A DNA stretch of 32,000 bases from Schaalia odontolytica (GTDB taxonomy: Bacteria > Actinomycetota > Actinomycetes > Actinomycetales > Actinomycetaceae). This document shows positions 1-8,198 of the stretch, piece by piece. The stretch's first letter is position 1. Each line of letters starts with the position of its first letter. The notes under the pieces were generated by a model, which did not search any database, had not been told where the DNA came from, and saw only the letters and a program-made list of their open reading frames with translations. The DNA is taken from contig NZ_CP040006.1 in NCBI RefSeq assembly GCF_005696695.1, positions 1,590,001 through 1,622,000 on the forward strand. The letters are read 5' to 3'. The position numbers were made by a program, and so were the translations under genes.

Positions 1-1127
1 GCATCACCTTCCGCGAATTCAACGCGGATTCCGTCAAGCTCGCAGACGCGGCATTCGCGGCGAACGGCGCGCACCACCTGGAGCTCGGCGACTACGGGCG
101 CATGCTGGACAACGAGTTCTTCGTGAACTCTGGGCGCTCCATGTCCGCTGACCTCCAGACGTGGATGAAGAACTACTACAACATCTCCACCGCCTACGAG
201 AACCTGCTCTTCGGTGACAACCTGACGCGCAAGGAACGCCAGGTCGAGGTCTCGACGAATGGCGTGGGCCTGCCGACCTCGACGGACGGTGCCGCGAACA
301 CGATCTGGGCGAACACGATGACGTCCAAAGCGGGCACGGCCCTGCACCTGATCAACCTGCGCACCAACGACAACGAGGGCAACGACGAGTACTGGCGCAA
401 TGCCGCCAAGCCGATCCTCGCCTTCGATAACACGTCCGTCACCTACCACTTGGAGGACGGCGAGGCGATCCCCGGTTCGATCTTCGCCGTCAGCCCGGAC
501 GTTGACGGTGGCCGCCCGACGCCCCTCGACTTCACGACGGGCACGGATGATCAGGGCCGCACGACGATCACCTTCAACGTGGGCCGCCTGGCCTCGTGGG
601 ACATGGTGGTCTTCTCCCCCGCCACCTACGCGGACCGCGCAGCTGCTGCACCTCAGGCAGTGGACACGTCCGACAACGCCGCCACAACTGACGCGGACGA
701 CGCGGGCCTCGTGCCCGCGACGATCGTCGGCCAGCTGCGCAACGGCCTCGGCCAGTGCCTGACCTCCCAGGATCCGAAGGGATCCAACGGCACCCCCGTG
801 GCGAACAGCAAGTGCGCCGGGAACAGCGCCGCGCAGACGGTCATCTACGAGGGCGACGGGCACATCCGCATCGGCGACCGCTGCGTCGACGTCCTGGGCG
901 GCTACACCGAGGAGGGCACGGTCGCGCACATGTGGACCTGCTACCCGGCTTTGGAATCCCAGAAGTGGGATCTCAACGAGAACGGCCAGCTCGAAAACCG
1001 CGCGTCCGGCCTGTGCCTGACGATCCCGGGCGACACGACGCGCGACGCCACGCAGGCGGTCATCTCGCAGTGCTCCGACTCCTCCAAGTCGCAGCGCTGG
1101 ACGCTCACAGACACCTCCGGACAGTAA
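1..1127 (+). CDS. Glycoside hydrolase family 66-like (dextranase/CITase type) C-terminal region fused to a ricin-type beta-trefoil lectin domain; the 5' end lies outside the window
   Basis: Frame 3 is open from base 3 (ITFREFNADSVKLADAAFAANGAHHLELGDYGRMLD...) and runs into the listed ORF 102..1127. The last ~130 aa have paired Cys and QxW-type repeats (SQKWDL, SQRWTL), typical of ricin-B/CBM13. The upstream part matches my recollection of the GH66 C-terminal region. Stop TAA at 1125-1127 is followed by GC-rich hairpins. Confidence 0.7.
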   Translation, partial: ITFREFNADSVKLADAAFAANGAHHLELGDYGRMLDNEFFVNSGRSMSADLQTWMKNYYNISTAYENLLFGDNLTRKERQVEVSTNGVGLPTSTDGAANTIWANTMTSKAGTALHLINLRTNDNEGNDEYWRNAAKPILAFDNTSVTYHLEDGEAIPGSIFAVSPDVDGGRPTPLDFTTGTDDQGRTTITFNVGRLASWDMVVFSPATYADRAAAAPQAVDTSDNAATTDADDAGLVPATIVGQLRNGLGQCLTSQDPKGSNGTPVANSKCAGNSAAQTVIYEGDGHIRIGDRCVDVLGGYTEEGTVAHMWTCYPALESQKWDLNENGQLENRASGLCLTIPGDTTRDATQAVISQCSDSSKSQRWTLTDTSGQ

Positions 1128-1191
1128 CGTCCCCCTCCCCGGCACGGGCACGGCCGGGGAGGGACGCAGTGCCCGCGCGCTGCACACAAGA

Positions 1192-1233
1192 CTCGGCCCC
1201 GGCCTCGTCACTATGAACGAGGCCGGGGCCGAG
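1192..1233. terminator. Bidirectional GC-rich hairpin between convergent genes (17-bp perfect stem, 8-nt loop)
   Basis: CTCGGCCCCGGCCTCGT (1192-1208) pairs with ACGAGGCCGGGGCCGAG (1217-1233). It sits between the stop of the + strand glycosidase (1127) and the stop of the - strand ORF (1252). The stem carries the dispersed motif GCCCCGGCCTCGT. Confidence 0.6.
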
Positions 1234-1251
1234 CCTGACGCTCGCGGGCCG

Positions 1252-1602
1252 TCAGGAGCGAGCGACCTCCACAGCGGTGGTCTGCGCGAGGTTGGACAGA
1301 GCGGTCACGAACTGCGCGATCAGCTTGCGGTTACGGCTGTCCTGCATGAGGTTGGGCAGGCCCTTGGTCGTGCAGGTGACCTCAACGACGGTGCCGGCCT
1401 CGGAGGGAATAAAACCGACGACGATGTTCTCGCCCCAGGACATCATGCCCATCGGGGTATCGAAGGTGACAACCTGACGGTTGGGGTCGGCGAGCGTCAC
1501 GGTCGCCTTCGGAACGGACTGCGCGGCCGGGATAGCGAGCTGGAACAGCTGCTCGAACGGCACGTCGAACTGGAATGCCTGGGTCGTGGAACGCATACCC
1601 AT
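1252..1602 (-). CDS. Small conserved-looking cytosolic protein, function unknown (116 aa)
   Basis: ORF with AAGGAG 7 nt upstream of the ATG (minus strand reads gatccttAAGGAGacactccATGggt). GC-rich third positions match the neighbouring genes. I do not recognise a family. Confidence 0.65.
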   Translation of the reverse strand: MGMRSTTQAFQFDVPFEQLFQLAIPAAQSVPKATVTLADPNRQVVTFDTPMGMMSWGENIVVGFIPSEAGTVVEVTCTTKGLPNLMQDSRNRKLIAQFVTALSNLAQTTAVEVARS

Positions 1603-1832
1603 GGGAGTGTCTCCTTAAGGATCTCAGTGTGCACAGTCGGCGCGCACGGGTGACGCGTCAACCGGTGAAGAAGGGGCCACGCGCACGATCGCGGACACCT
1701 CGGTGTGGCGCTGCGGATGCGCGACTTCTTCCAGCTGGTTCAGCGTAGCAGCACGCGCACAAATCTCCTATTCCGTCCCCAGAAATGACCGCAACCTTCG
1801 TTGAGAAAGCAGATGCCGGGCCCATAGACGCA

Positions 1833-1869
1833 GGCGGGCGGCGAGACGTCATCCGTCTCGCCGCCCGCC
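1833..1869 (-). terminator. Perfect 16-bp stem hairpin downstream of the lipoprotein gene
   Basis: GGCGGGCGGCGAGACG (1833-1848), loop tcatc, CGTCTCGCCGCCCGCC (1854-1869). It lies 28 nt beyond the stop of the - strand ORF ending at 1897. There is no clear U-tail. Confidence 0.5.
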
Positions 1870-1896
1870 CTGTTCACAGAAGTGACAGCGCCTTAC

Positions 1897-2529
1897 TCAG
1901 GACCGCGGCTCAAAGGGGCTGACCGACACCGAGGGCATCTCCTGGCACACGCGCAAGGTCAGCTGCAGGCTCGTCGCGCCGGTGCCAGCCTCGGGCATGA
2001 TGTCGACCAGCTCCGAATCAGCGGGGTTGCAGCCTTCGACGCCGTCCGTCGATTCTGCCGTCAGGGTCACGCCCAGGCGGCCTCCCTGAGCGATCGTGTA
2101 GACGTTTCCGGGATCCTCGCCGTCGCGCACGGCGGTGGAGATGACGGAGCCGCCGCCGGAGAAGATGATCTGCGGGAAGCCGTCAATCCAGCACGAGGGC
2201 CCCTCGTTTATGAAGCCGATTTCCACGTACGTGGTGCCGCCCGCCTCCTGCTGAGAGTCGATGGAAGGCTGCAGGTTCGTTAGGTCGCAACGCTGGTCGT
2301 TGTCGGCAACGTTCACCTCGGGGGCCTGGTTACCCTCGTCGGGCACGCCGCTCTGGGGGCCAGCGCCGCTCTGGGCGGGCATGTCGTTCTGCGAGGCAGA
2401 AGCGCTCGGGGAAGCGGACGAGGCCGTCGACCCCGACTGGGGCTGCGTGCCCTGCGGGGAACAGGCGGCGATACCCAGGGCCAGGGCGGACAGGGAGGTC
2501 ACGGCAAGAATGCGTCGCGTGTTGATCAT
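1897..2529 (-). CDS. Secreted lipoprotein, DUF4232-like
   Basis: N-terminal signal with lipobox (LALGIAAC). A low-complexity S/A/Q linker follows. The C-terminal domain has the Cys pattern and the GGTTYVEIGFINEGPSCWIDGFP segment I associate with DUF4232 actinobacterial lipoproteins. Confidence 0.7.
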   Translation of the reverse strand: MINTRRILAVTSLSALALGIAACSPQGTQPQSGSTASSASPSASASQNDMPAQSGAGPQSGVPDEGNQAPEVNVADNDQRCDLTNLQPSIDSQQEAGGTTYVEIGFINEGPSCWIDGFPQIIFSGGGSVISTAVRDGEDPGNVYTIAQGGRLGVTLTAESTDGVEGCNPADSELVDIMPEAGTGATSLQLTLRVCQEMPSVSVSPFEPRS

Positions 2530-2644
2530 GGCCCCATCCTATGAAGTGCCACGCCACTCACGCACAGCCACGCCGGGCAGAGCCCAGGGGTGACAAGGGG
2601 CGCACCGGGCGTTAACTGCCCACCCGGCCCCGGCCTCGTCCCCT

Positions 2645-4147
2645 CTATCGAGTGACCGGCTCAATCTCCACGGGCGCCACGTCCATCTCAGCCAGAGGCA
2701 CCACCCGATCCTTGCGCGCGACGTGGTAGCCCCACCAGACCGCGCCGAACAGCGGCAGGCCGATGTAGGAGGAGGCGACCTCCCAGACCTGGCCATGAAG
2801 CACGGCTTCATAGTTCTGTCCCGCCATGACCACCAGGCACATGACGAAAGCGATGATCGGGCCCGCCGGGAAGAACGGCGATCGATACGGCAGGTCCTCG
2901 AGGCGATATCCCTGCAGCAGGTACGCGCGGCGGAAACGAATATGACTGACCGCGATACCCAGCCACATGATGATGCCGGAAATACCGACGATGTTCACCA
3001 GCCAGATGTACGCGTCGTTGAAGACCAGCTGCGTGAGGAAGCCGAGCGCCGCGGTCACCGTCGTCACCGCCATCGCGTACGCCGGCACGCCGCCCTTGGT
3101 GACGCGGGCGAAGATCGCGGGCGCCTGGCGCTTGAGGGCCATCGAGTGCAGCATGCGCGAGGCCGCGTACAGGCCCGAGTTACCCGCGGACAGGATCGAG
3201 GTCAGGATGACCGCGTTCATGACAGCGGCCGCCGCGCCAATCCCCATGCGCGCGAACACGAGCGTGAAGGGCGACTGGGCGATGTTGTTCGCCGAGTCAT
3301 CGGCCGCGCTCAGCAGACTCGGATCCGTGTACGGCAGCAGCGTGCCGATCACGGCGATCGCGCCAATGTAGAAGAACATGATGCGCCAGAACACCGTGCG
3401 GATCGAGCGCGGCACGTCCCTGCGCGGATTCTCAGACTCGCCCGCTGCAACGCCCACCAGCTCGGTGCCCTGGAAGGAGAATCCGGCGATCATGAAGACC
3501 GCGATAACGCCCACGAAGCCGTTATGGAAGGGCGCGTCCCCGGTCGTCCAATTCGACAGACCCGGAGAGTTTTCGCCCATCACGCCGGCGATCATGAAGA
3601 CGCCCGACAGGACAAAGACGATGACAATGACGACCTTGATGGCGGCCAACCAGAATTCGGCCTCACCGTAGACTCTCGCCGAGAGCGCATTGAGCCCAAC
3701 GACGATCACGAGGAAGCCCACCGCCCATATCCACGAAGGAACGGACGGGAACCAATAGGCCATAACCAAGCCCGATGCCACAAGGTCCGCGGCGACCGTC
3801 ACCGCCCAGTTGAACCAGTAGTTCCACCCCATCGCGAAGCCGAAAGACGGGGAAATGAACTTCGTGGCGAAGGTCTGGAAGGACCCCGCAACGGGCTGGT
3901 GCGCGCTCATCTCACCTAGGGACTGCATGAGCAGCAGCACCATCAGGCCAATCGCCGCGTAGGCGAGAAGGGCACCGCCCGGACCGGCGTTCGCGACTGT
4001 CGCACCGGAGGCCAGGAAGAGGCCCGTGCCGATCGCGCCGCCGATGGCGATCATCTGCATATGACGCGACGCCAGGCCGCGCTTGAGCGCCGTGTTGGAG
4101 CGCTCGCGCACATCGCTGGCGATGTCGTCGGGAGTGGGGGTAGCCAT
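2645..4147 (-). CDS. Amino acid permease (APC superfamily, AroP/LysP-like)
   Basis: Contains the classical signature HMQMIAIGGAIGTGLFLASG and about 12 hydrophobic segments. I chose the start at ATG 4147 (MATPTPDD...) because GAGGAA lies 7 nt upstream. The listed ORF extends to 4231 without a convincing RBS. Confidence 0.85.
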   Translation of the reverse strand: MATPTPDDIASDVRERSNTALKRGLASRHMQMIAIGGAIGTGLFLASGATVANAGPGGALLAYAAIGLMVLLLMQSLGEMSAHQPVAGSFQTFATKFISPSFGFAMGWNYWFNWAVTVAADLVASGLVMAYWFPSVPSWIWAVGFLVIVVGLNALSARVYGEAEFWLAAIKVVIVIVFVLSGVFMIAGVMGENSPGLSNWTTGDAPFHNGFVGVIAVFMIAGFSFQGTELVGVAAGESENPRRDVPRSIRTVFWRIMFFYIGAIAVIGTLLPYTDPSLLSAADDSANNIAQSPFTLVFARMGIGAAAAVMNAVILTSILSAGNSGLYAASRMLHSMALKRQAPAIFARVTKGGVPAYAMAVTTVTAALGFLTQLVFNDAYIWLVNIVGISGIIMWLGIAVSHIRFRRAYLLQGYRLEDLPYRSPFFPAGPIIAFVMCLVVMAGQNYEAVLHGQVWEVASSYIGLPLFGAVWWGYHVARKDRVVPLAEMDVAPVEIEPVTR

Positions 4148-4364
4148 GAGTCGGTTCCTCATCTGTTGATCGTCGAGTCCCATCTTAGTCCCACAATCGC
4201 TTGTGTCGACGTTTGCAGATTCTTTTCTCATTCTTTAACGAGGCCGGGGCTCTCCTTCCGCTTTTGTCACCCCGTTGCCTACCACGGCCTCGGCCGCACC
4301 AAACGAGCCACACACACGCTGGGCAGTTACACTAAACCCACCCACGCCACCGCAGGAGGTTCCT

Positions 4365-5057
4365 ATGACGCAATCCCTTATGAGCATCGGTTGGATGCTC
4401 CTCGCCCTCGTCCTCTCTGCATCCATCGGCCTCGAACGCCAGATCCGAGGCAAGAGCGCGGGCATTCGAACGCAGGCCATCGTCGGCCTCACCGCCTGCC
4501 TCATGATGCTGATCTCCAAATACGGCTTCTCCGACATCCTCGTCGACGGGATCACTCGCTACGACCCCTCTCGCGTCGCCTCACAGATCGTCTCGGGCAT
4601 CGGCTTCCTCGGCGCGGGCATCATCCTCACCCGCCACGGTGCGATTCGAGGCCTCACGACCGCGGCCACCATCTGGGAGACCGCGGCGATCGGCATGGCG
4701 TGTGGGGCGGGCCTGTGGTGGCTTGCCGTGGCCGGCACGGTTTTACATTTCATCGTCATCGCCCTCCTGACGCCCCTCGTTCAGTTCATCCTCATGCGTA
4801 CCCATGGCCACAAGGTAACGCTCACTATCCATTACACGCCGGGGCACGGCGTCCTCTCCACGATTCTGAGCCAGGTCTCTTCCCTGGGCTGGACGGTCTC
4901 GGCGGTATCGACCCACACGGATTCAAGTGACCGCGCAACCACCGCGCGATTCACTGCTGCGACGCGCCAGGACCTCTCACGCTCCCTGCTGGTGACCACC
5001 CTGGCCGACCTCGATGGCGTCGCGGGCGTCGACATCAGCGAAGACGACGACGAATAA
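4365..5057 (+). CDS. mgtC: MgtC/SapB family membrane protein
   Basis: SIGLERQIRGKSAGIRTQAIVGLTACLMMLISKYGF is the MgtC N-terminal signature. There are 4-5 TM segments followed by a soluble C-terminal domain. ATG at 4365 is preceded by AGGAGG (4354-4359). The listed ORF begins earlier at a non-ATG codon (4275). Confidence 0.85.
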   Translation: MTQSLMSIGWMLLALVLSASIGLERQIRGKSAGIRTQAIVGLTACLMMLISKYGFSDILVDGITRYDPSRVASQIVSGIGFLGAGIILTRHGAIRGLTTAATIWETAAIGMACGAGLWWLAVAGTVLHFIVIALLTPLVQFILMRTHGHKVTLTIHYTPGHGVLSTILSQVSSLGWTVSAVSTHTDSSDRATTARFTAATRQDLSRSLLVTTLADLDGVAGVDISEDDDE

Positions 5058-5129
5058 AGTCCACAGCGTAGACGAGGGGCCCGCGGATCACCGCAGGCCC
5101 CTCGTTCATGCCATCAGGCTCTCAGCGCA

Positions 5130-6899
5130 TCACGCCTGAGGACCGAAAGGATTGTAGGGCTTGTCCCCCAGCTGGGGCTGCTGGCCCTGCTGCTGGCCAA
5201 ACTGAGCCTGCTGGCCGAACTGAGGCTGACCGCCCTGCGGAGCCTGGAAACCGCCCTGCTGCTGGCCGAACTGAGGCTGACCGCCCTGCGGAGCCTGGAA
5301 GCCACCCTGCTGCTGGCCGAACTGAGGCTGACCGCCCTGCGGAGCCTGGAAGCCACCCTGCTGCTGGCCGAACTGGCCCTGCTGCTGCCCCATCTGCACA
5401 CCGGCGAACGCGCCACCAAAGGCATTCGGGTTGTTGATCGGTGCGACCGCACCGGTCTTCAGCTCCATGAGCAGGAAGCCGCCCGCAGCGCCGAGCGCGA
5501 CGGAGAACAACCCCAGCATGAACGCGCCAAAGCTGGCATCGAAGTAATCACTACTAACCGCGTCGATGAACTGAATAACACCTAGCAATGCCATCACAAG
5601 CGCGCCGATGCCAGCCGACAGGTACGCCCACTTCTGGTTCGTGAACCAGTAGGCGGCACCCAGGCCGACGACAGCCATCAGCATGACGAGGTGGAATGCC
5701 GAGTATCCACGGTTCGCGGTGAACATCGACATGCTGCCATAGCTAGTACTGAAGTAAGGCAGGAACATCGAGACGAGGATCAGCACCGCCGACGCGGCGA
5801 TACCGATGAGCGAGTAGGTCGCGCGAACAGAACGACCGCTCACCTTACCCGTTTCGGCCACGACGGCCGTCTGGAACTGGTTGAACGCCGAGTTCGCGGC
5901 AGCACCGAACTGCTGGGCGGCAGCACCGAACTGCTGACCCGCCGACGGACCCGCCGGAGCGTAACCCGGCTGACCGTACTGCTGCTGGCCGGGCTGGCCG
6001 AAGGGAGCCTGCTGACCCTGCTGCGGCTGGCCACCAAACTGCTGCTGGCCCTGCTGGCCGGACTGGCCAAAGGGGGCCTGCTGGCCCTGCTGCGGCTGGC
6101 CACCAAACTGCTGCTGGCCCTGCTGGCCGGGCTGGCCGAAGGGAGCCTGCTGACCCTGCTGCGGCTGGCCACCAAACTGCTGCTGGCCCTGCTGACCGGG
6201 CTGACCAAAGGGAGCCTGCTGGCCCTGCTGCGGCTGGCCACCAAACTGCTGCTGGCCCTGCGCAGGGGCTGTGCCGTACTGGGGCTGGCCGAAGGGGGCC
6301 TGCTGGCCCTGCGGCTGAGCATCCACCTGCGGCTCACCCTGCGGCTGAGCATCTGCCTGCGGCGGGTTGCTGAAGGGAGACTGCGCGATCTGTTCTTCGG
6401 TCGACAGGGCGGGAGCGGCCTCGTCGCCCGCAGGGGCCTCGGACTGCGCCGTGCCCTCGAGGATCGCCTTTTCAAGGTTGTCGTCGGAGGCCTCGGCCAC
6501 GGGAGCCTCGGGCTCGACGTGGGAAATCTCAGGTTCTGCGGGAGCCTCAACATGCGGCTCTTCGACCGCGGGCTGCTCGACGGGGGCCTCAGTCGGTGCG
6601 GCGTCGGCCTCGGGCTGCGCTTCCTCGTGGCCACCAGCAAAAGGCTCGGCCTGCTCGCTGGTTTCCTCCGCGGGGGCCTCGGACTCGGAGACCGCAGGTT
6701 CCTCAGCAGCCGGGGGCTGCGCGGGAACGACACCCTGGTCCGCTAGCCACTGCCCGAGGGCAGGGTACAGCGACGGGTGCGTTGCGACGTAGGGACGCAG
6801 GTCCGGGCGAGCGGCAGTGATATCCGCGAGATCCTGGGCCGAAAGCGCCGGATTGCTCAAGTCGGCAGCGGTGAGCTGCGACGGATCGATAGTGCTCAT
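5130..6899 (-). CDS. Q/G-rich tandem-repeat membrane protein (4 predicted TM helices flanked on both sides by Gln/Gly repeat arrays)
   Basis: Start chosen at ATG 6899 (MSTIDPSQL...), with GAGAGGAA upstream. The layout is: an N-terminal DLADITAARPDLRPYVATHPSLYPALGQWL motif, an acidic E/P/A-rich region, about 4 copies of a 23-aa unit QQQFGGQPQQGQQAPFGQPGQQG, four hydrophobic helices, then three copies of a 17-aa unit FGQQQGGFQAPQGGQPQ. Confidence 0.7.
   Translation of the reverse strand: MSTIDPSQLTAADLSNPALSAQDLADITAARPDLRPYVATHPSLYPALGQWLADQGVVPAQPPAAEEPAVSESEAPAEETSEQAEPFAGGHEEAQPEADAAPTEAPVEQPAVEEPHVEAPAEPEISHVEPEAPVAEASDDNLEKAILEGTAQSEAPAGDEAAPALSTEEQIAQSPFSNPPQADAQPQGEPQVDAQPQGQQAPFGQPQYGTAPAQGQQQFGGQPQQGQQAPFGQPGQQGQQQFGGQPQQGQQAPFGQPGQQGQQQFGGQPQQGQQAPFGQSGQQGQQQFGGQPQQGQQAPFGQPGQQQYGQPGYAPAGPSAGQQFGAAAQQFGAAANSAFNQFQTAVVAETGKVSGRSVRATYSLIGIAASAVLILVSMFLPYFSTSYGSMSMFTANRGYSAFHLVMLMAVVGLGAAYWFTNQKWAYLSAGIGALVMALLGVIQFIDAVSSDYFDASFGAFMLGLFSVALGAAGGFLLMELKTGAVAPINNPNAFGGAFAGVQMGQQQGQFGQQQGGFQAPQGGQPQFGQQQGGFQAPQGGQPQFGQQQGGFQAPQGGQPQFGQQAQFGQQQGQQPQLGDKPYNPFGPQA
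5208..5373. repeat. Tandem repeat, 51-bp unit x about 3.2, in frame (17 aa)
   Basis: The unit ctgctggccgaactgaggctgaccgccctgcggagcctggaaRccRccctg starts at 5208, 5259 and 5310, with a partial copy at 5361. Copies are near-identical at the DNA level. Confidence 0.9.
5976..6262. repeat. Tandem repeat, 69-bp unit x about 4, in frame (23 aa)
   Basis: Units begin at 5991, 6060, 6129 and 6198 (gggctggccgaagggagcctgctgaccctgctgcggctggccaccaaactgctgctggccctgctggcc). Only a few substitutions separate the copies. Confidence 0.9.
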
Positions 6900-7007
6900 C
6901 TGTATTCCTCTCGCACCCGTAGGTGCAGTTCCTGATGGCGAACAGCCAATACTATCGCGCCGAGGGTTGTATACGTCAAGACGTTCACACCATGAAACAT
7001 CGGCGTG

Positions 7008-7042
7008 AAACAAAAGACCCGGCCCCTCACGGGACCGGGTCT
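7008..7042 (-). terminator. Rho-independent terminator downstream of tRNA-fMet
   Basis: The minus strand reads AGACCCGG-tcccgtgagggg-CCGGGTCT followed by TTTTGTTT. It starts 5 nt after the tRNA 3' end. Confidence 0.7.
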
Positions 7043-7046
7043 GTGG

Positions 7047-7123
7047 TGGTAGCGGGGACAGGATTTGAACCTGCGACCTCCGGGTTATGAGCCCGGCGAG
7101 CTACCGAACTGCTCCACCCCGCG
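7047..7123 (-). tRNA. Initiator tRNA-Met (anticodon CAU), 77 nt with encoded CCA
   Basis: Minus-strand sequence: CGCGGGGTGGAGCAGTTCGGTAGCTCGCCGGGCTCATAACCCGGAGGTCGCAGGTTCAAATCCTGTCCCCGCTACCA. It folds as a cloverleaf with loop CTCATAA. Three consecutive G-C pairs close the anticodon stem, and there is a C1/U72 mismatch at the top of the acceptor stem. Both are initiator hallmarks, and it closely resembles E. coli tRNA-fMet. Confidence 0.95.
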
Positions 7124-7135
7124 TCGGCTCTAGAT

Positions 7136-7164
7136 ACTCTAGCGCATCGACCGGGAGGGCACAA
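7136..7164 (-). promoter_or_regulatory. Candidate promoter for tRNA-fMet (-35 TTGTGC, 17-bp spacer, -10 TAGAGT)
   Basis: On the minus strand, TAGAGT (7141-7136) lies about 12 nt upstream of the mature tRNA 5' end, and TTGTGC (7164-7159) lies 17 bp further upstream. This is a pattern match only. Confidence 0.35.
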
Positions 7165-7237
7165 ACCGTGCGCGGTGATTTACGTCCCAGCGGTCAGTAT
7201 CTGTCAGCCGGGACACATCCACACATATCCAATGCGT

Positions 7238-8005
7238 TCACTGGGGCGCGGCGAACCCTGACACGTTCGTCGCCTGAGCGGACGAGGCCTCGGGCGCCGC
7301 CTCGGACGAAGCACCCTCGGGCGCCATCGACGGCGACGCGACGTGGCCGACCGGAGCCGCTCCTGGGGCAGGGACGGGAACGCTCATCGCATAGGGCGAG
7401 GGCGTCGACTTGAAGTCCGGGATCGCGAGCAGGATCGCGGCGATGACACAGATCCAAGCAATCGCCCGCATCAGGAGCAAGCGCGCACCCAAGAGTCCGA
7501 GCTCATAAATCCCGGGCTCAGGCACGAACGCGTGGTACCAGACAGAATCATTAGCAACGAACATGACCGGTGTGACGATGAAGAACAGCACCAAAATGAT
7601 GGACGCGGCGACGTAGCGCGCAATGACAGCGCCCTTGCGGATGTAGAGCACCGCAAGCGTGATGACAACGATGTCAATCAGACGCCACAGCCAGAACAAC
7701 GGGTTCGAGAACTGGCTTACGTAGTCGTCGAGATGATCGAAGTGATAGGGAATGAATCCATTCACCAGGGAGATCCCCTGGAGGATAATGATCATCCACG
7801 CGGCGATGCGTCCGCGCATGGATAGCGACGAACGAGCCGTATTCGATGGACCAGCATACAGGGGCGCCGCGCCATAAGGATCGGCGACCGGCGCCACCAT
7901 CACGGGAGCACTCATCGGTGCAGGCAGCGAGGAAGTACCCGCCGGAGCCTCGCTCGGCTGAGGCACGCCCGAAGGCGCAGAGAAGGGGTTGTTGGGGAGA
8001 GTCAT
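7238..8005 (-). CDS. Integral membrane protein with Pro/Ala-rich N- and C-terminal tails, function unknown
   Basis: Start chosen at ATG 8005 (MTLPNNPF...), preceded by GGAAGGAAG. There are 4-5 hydrophobic helices (IAAWMIIILQGISLVNGF, LWRLIDIVVITLAVLYI, YVAASIILVLFFIVTPVMFV, AIAWICVIAAILLAIP). I do not recognise a family. Confidence 0.65.
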   Translation of the reverse strand: MTLPNNPFSAPSGVPQPSEAPAGTSSLPAPMSAPVMVAPVADPYGAAPLYAGPSNTARSSLSMRGRIAAWMIIILQGISLVNGFIPYHFDHLDDYVSQFSNPLFWLWRLIDIVVITLAVLYIRKGAVIARYVAASIILVLFFIVTPVMFVANDSVWYHAFVPEPGIYELGLLGARLLLMRAIAWICVIAAILLAIPDFKSTPSPYAMSVPVPAPGAAPVGHVASPSMAPEGASSEAAPEASSAQATNVSGFAAPQ

Positions 8006-8130
8006 CGTCTTCCTTCCACGATGTCGATGGGTCCCAGGGACAGATGCCCTCACCATAGCAACGACGCACCGGGGCATGCCGGTCGACAACTCACGCAGGG
8101 AAAGCGCCCCTCACGATGCTCCCCCGAACG

Positions 8131-8183
8131 GCCGCGCGCCCGGCCCCCTCACGACGTGTAATCGGCGGGACCGGGCGCGCGGC
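8131..8183 (-). terminator. Long-loop GC hairpin downstream of the UPF0182 gene
   Basis: GCCGCGCGCCCGG (8131-8143) pairs perfectly with CCGGGCGCGCGGC (8171-8183). The loop is 27 nt. It lies 16 nt after the stop at 8199. Confidence 0.4.
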
Positions 8184-8198
8184 GGCTTCCGTCAGCAG

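Noticed and set aside
2592-2640. Terminator hairpin after the permease gene built on the GCCCCGGCCTCGT motif
   Set aside because: Only the outer 7 positions (6 paired) and an inner 5 bp pair, and they are separated by a 6x6 internal loop. It is too weak to call a terminator, so I recorded it as an orphan or degenerate motif copy instead.
2723-3919. 398-aa + strand ORF, and similar long antisense ORFs at 13326-14450, 14549-15322, 16806-17960, 19411-20289, 30454-31515 and 29897-30589
   Set aside because: All lie opposite confidently identified genes, have Arg/Asp/His-rich junk composition, and lack SD sequences. These are high-GC antisense artefacts.
4148-4364. Possible riboswitch or leader in the 217-bp divergent spacer between the permease and mgtC (for example lysine or Mg2+ sensing)
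   Set aside because: I could not recognise any conserved riboswitch core by eye. The spacer contains only an orphan arm of the dispersed terminator motif (4238-4250). It needs a covariance-model scan before any claim.
5108-5452. ORFs with repeats such as GRTEADRPAEPG (+) and the Ser/Arg repeat ORFs at 5114-5452 and 5840-6733
   Set aside because: They are alternative or antisense frames of the same 51-bp and 69-bp DNA tandem repeats. The Q/G-rich frame is continuous with the TM core and has the RBS.
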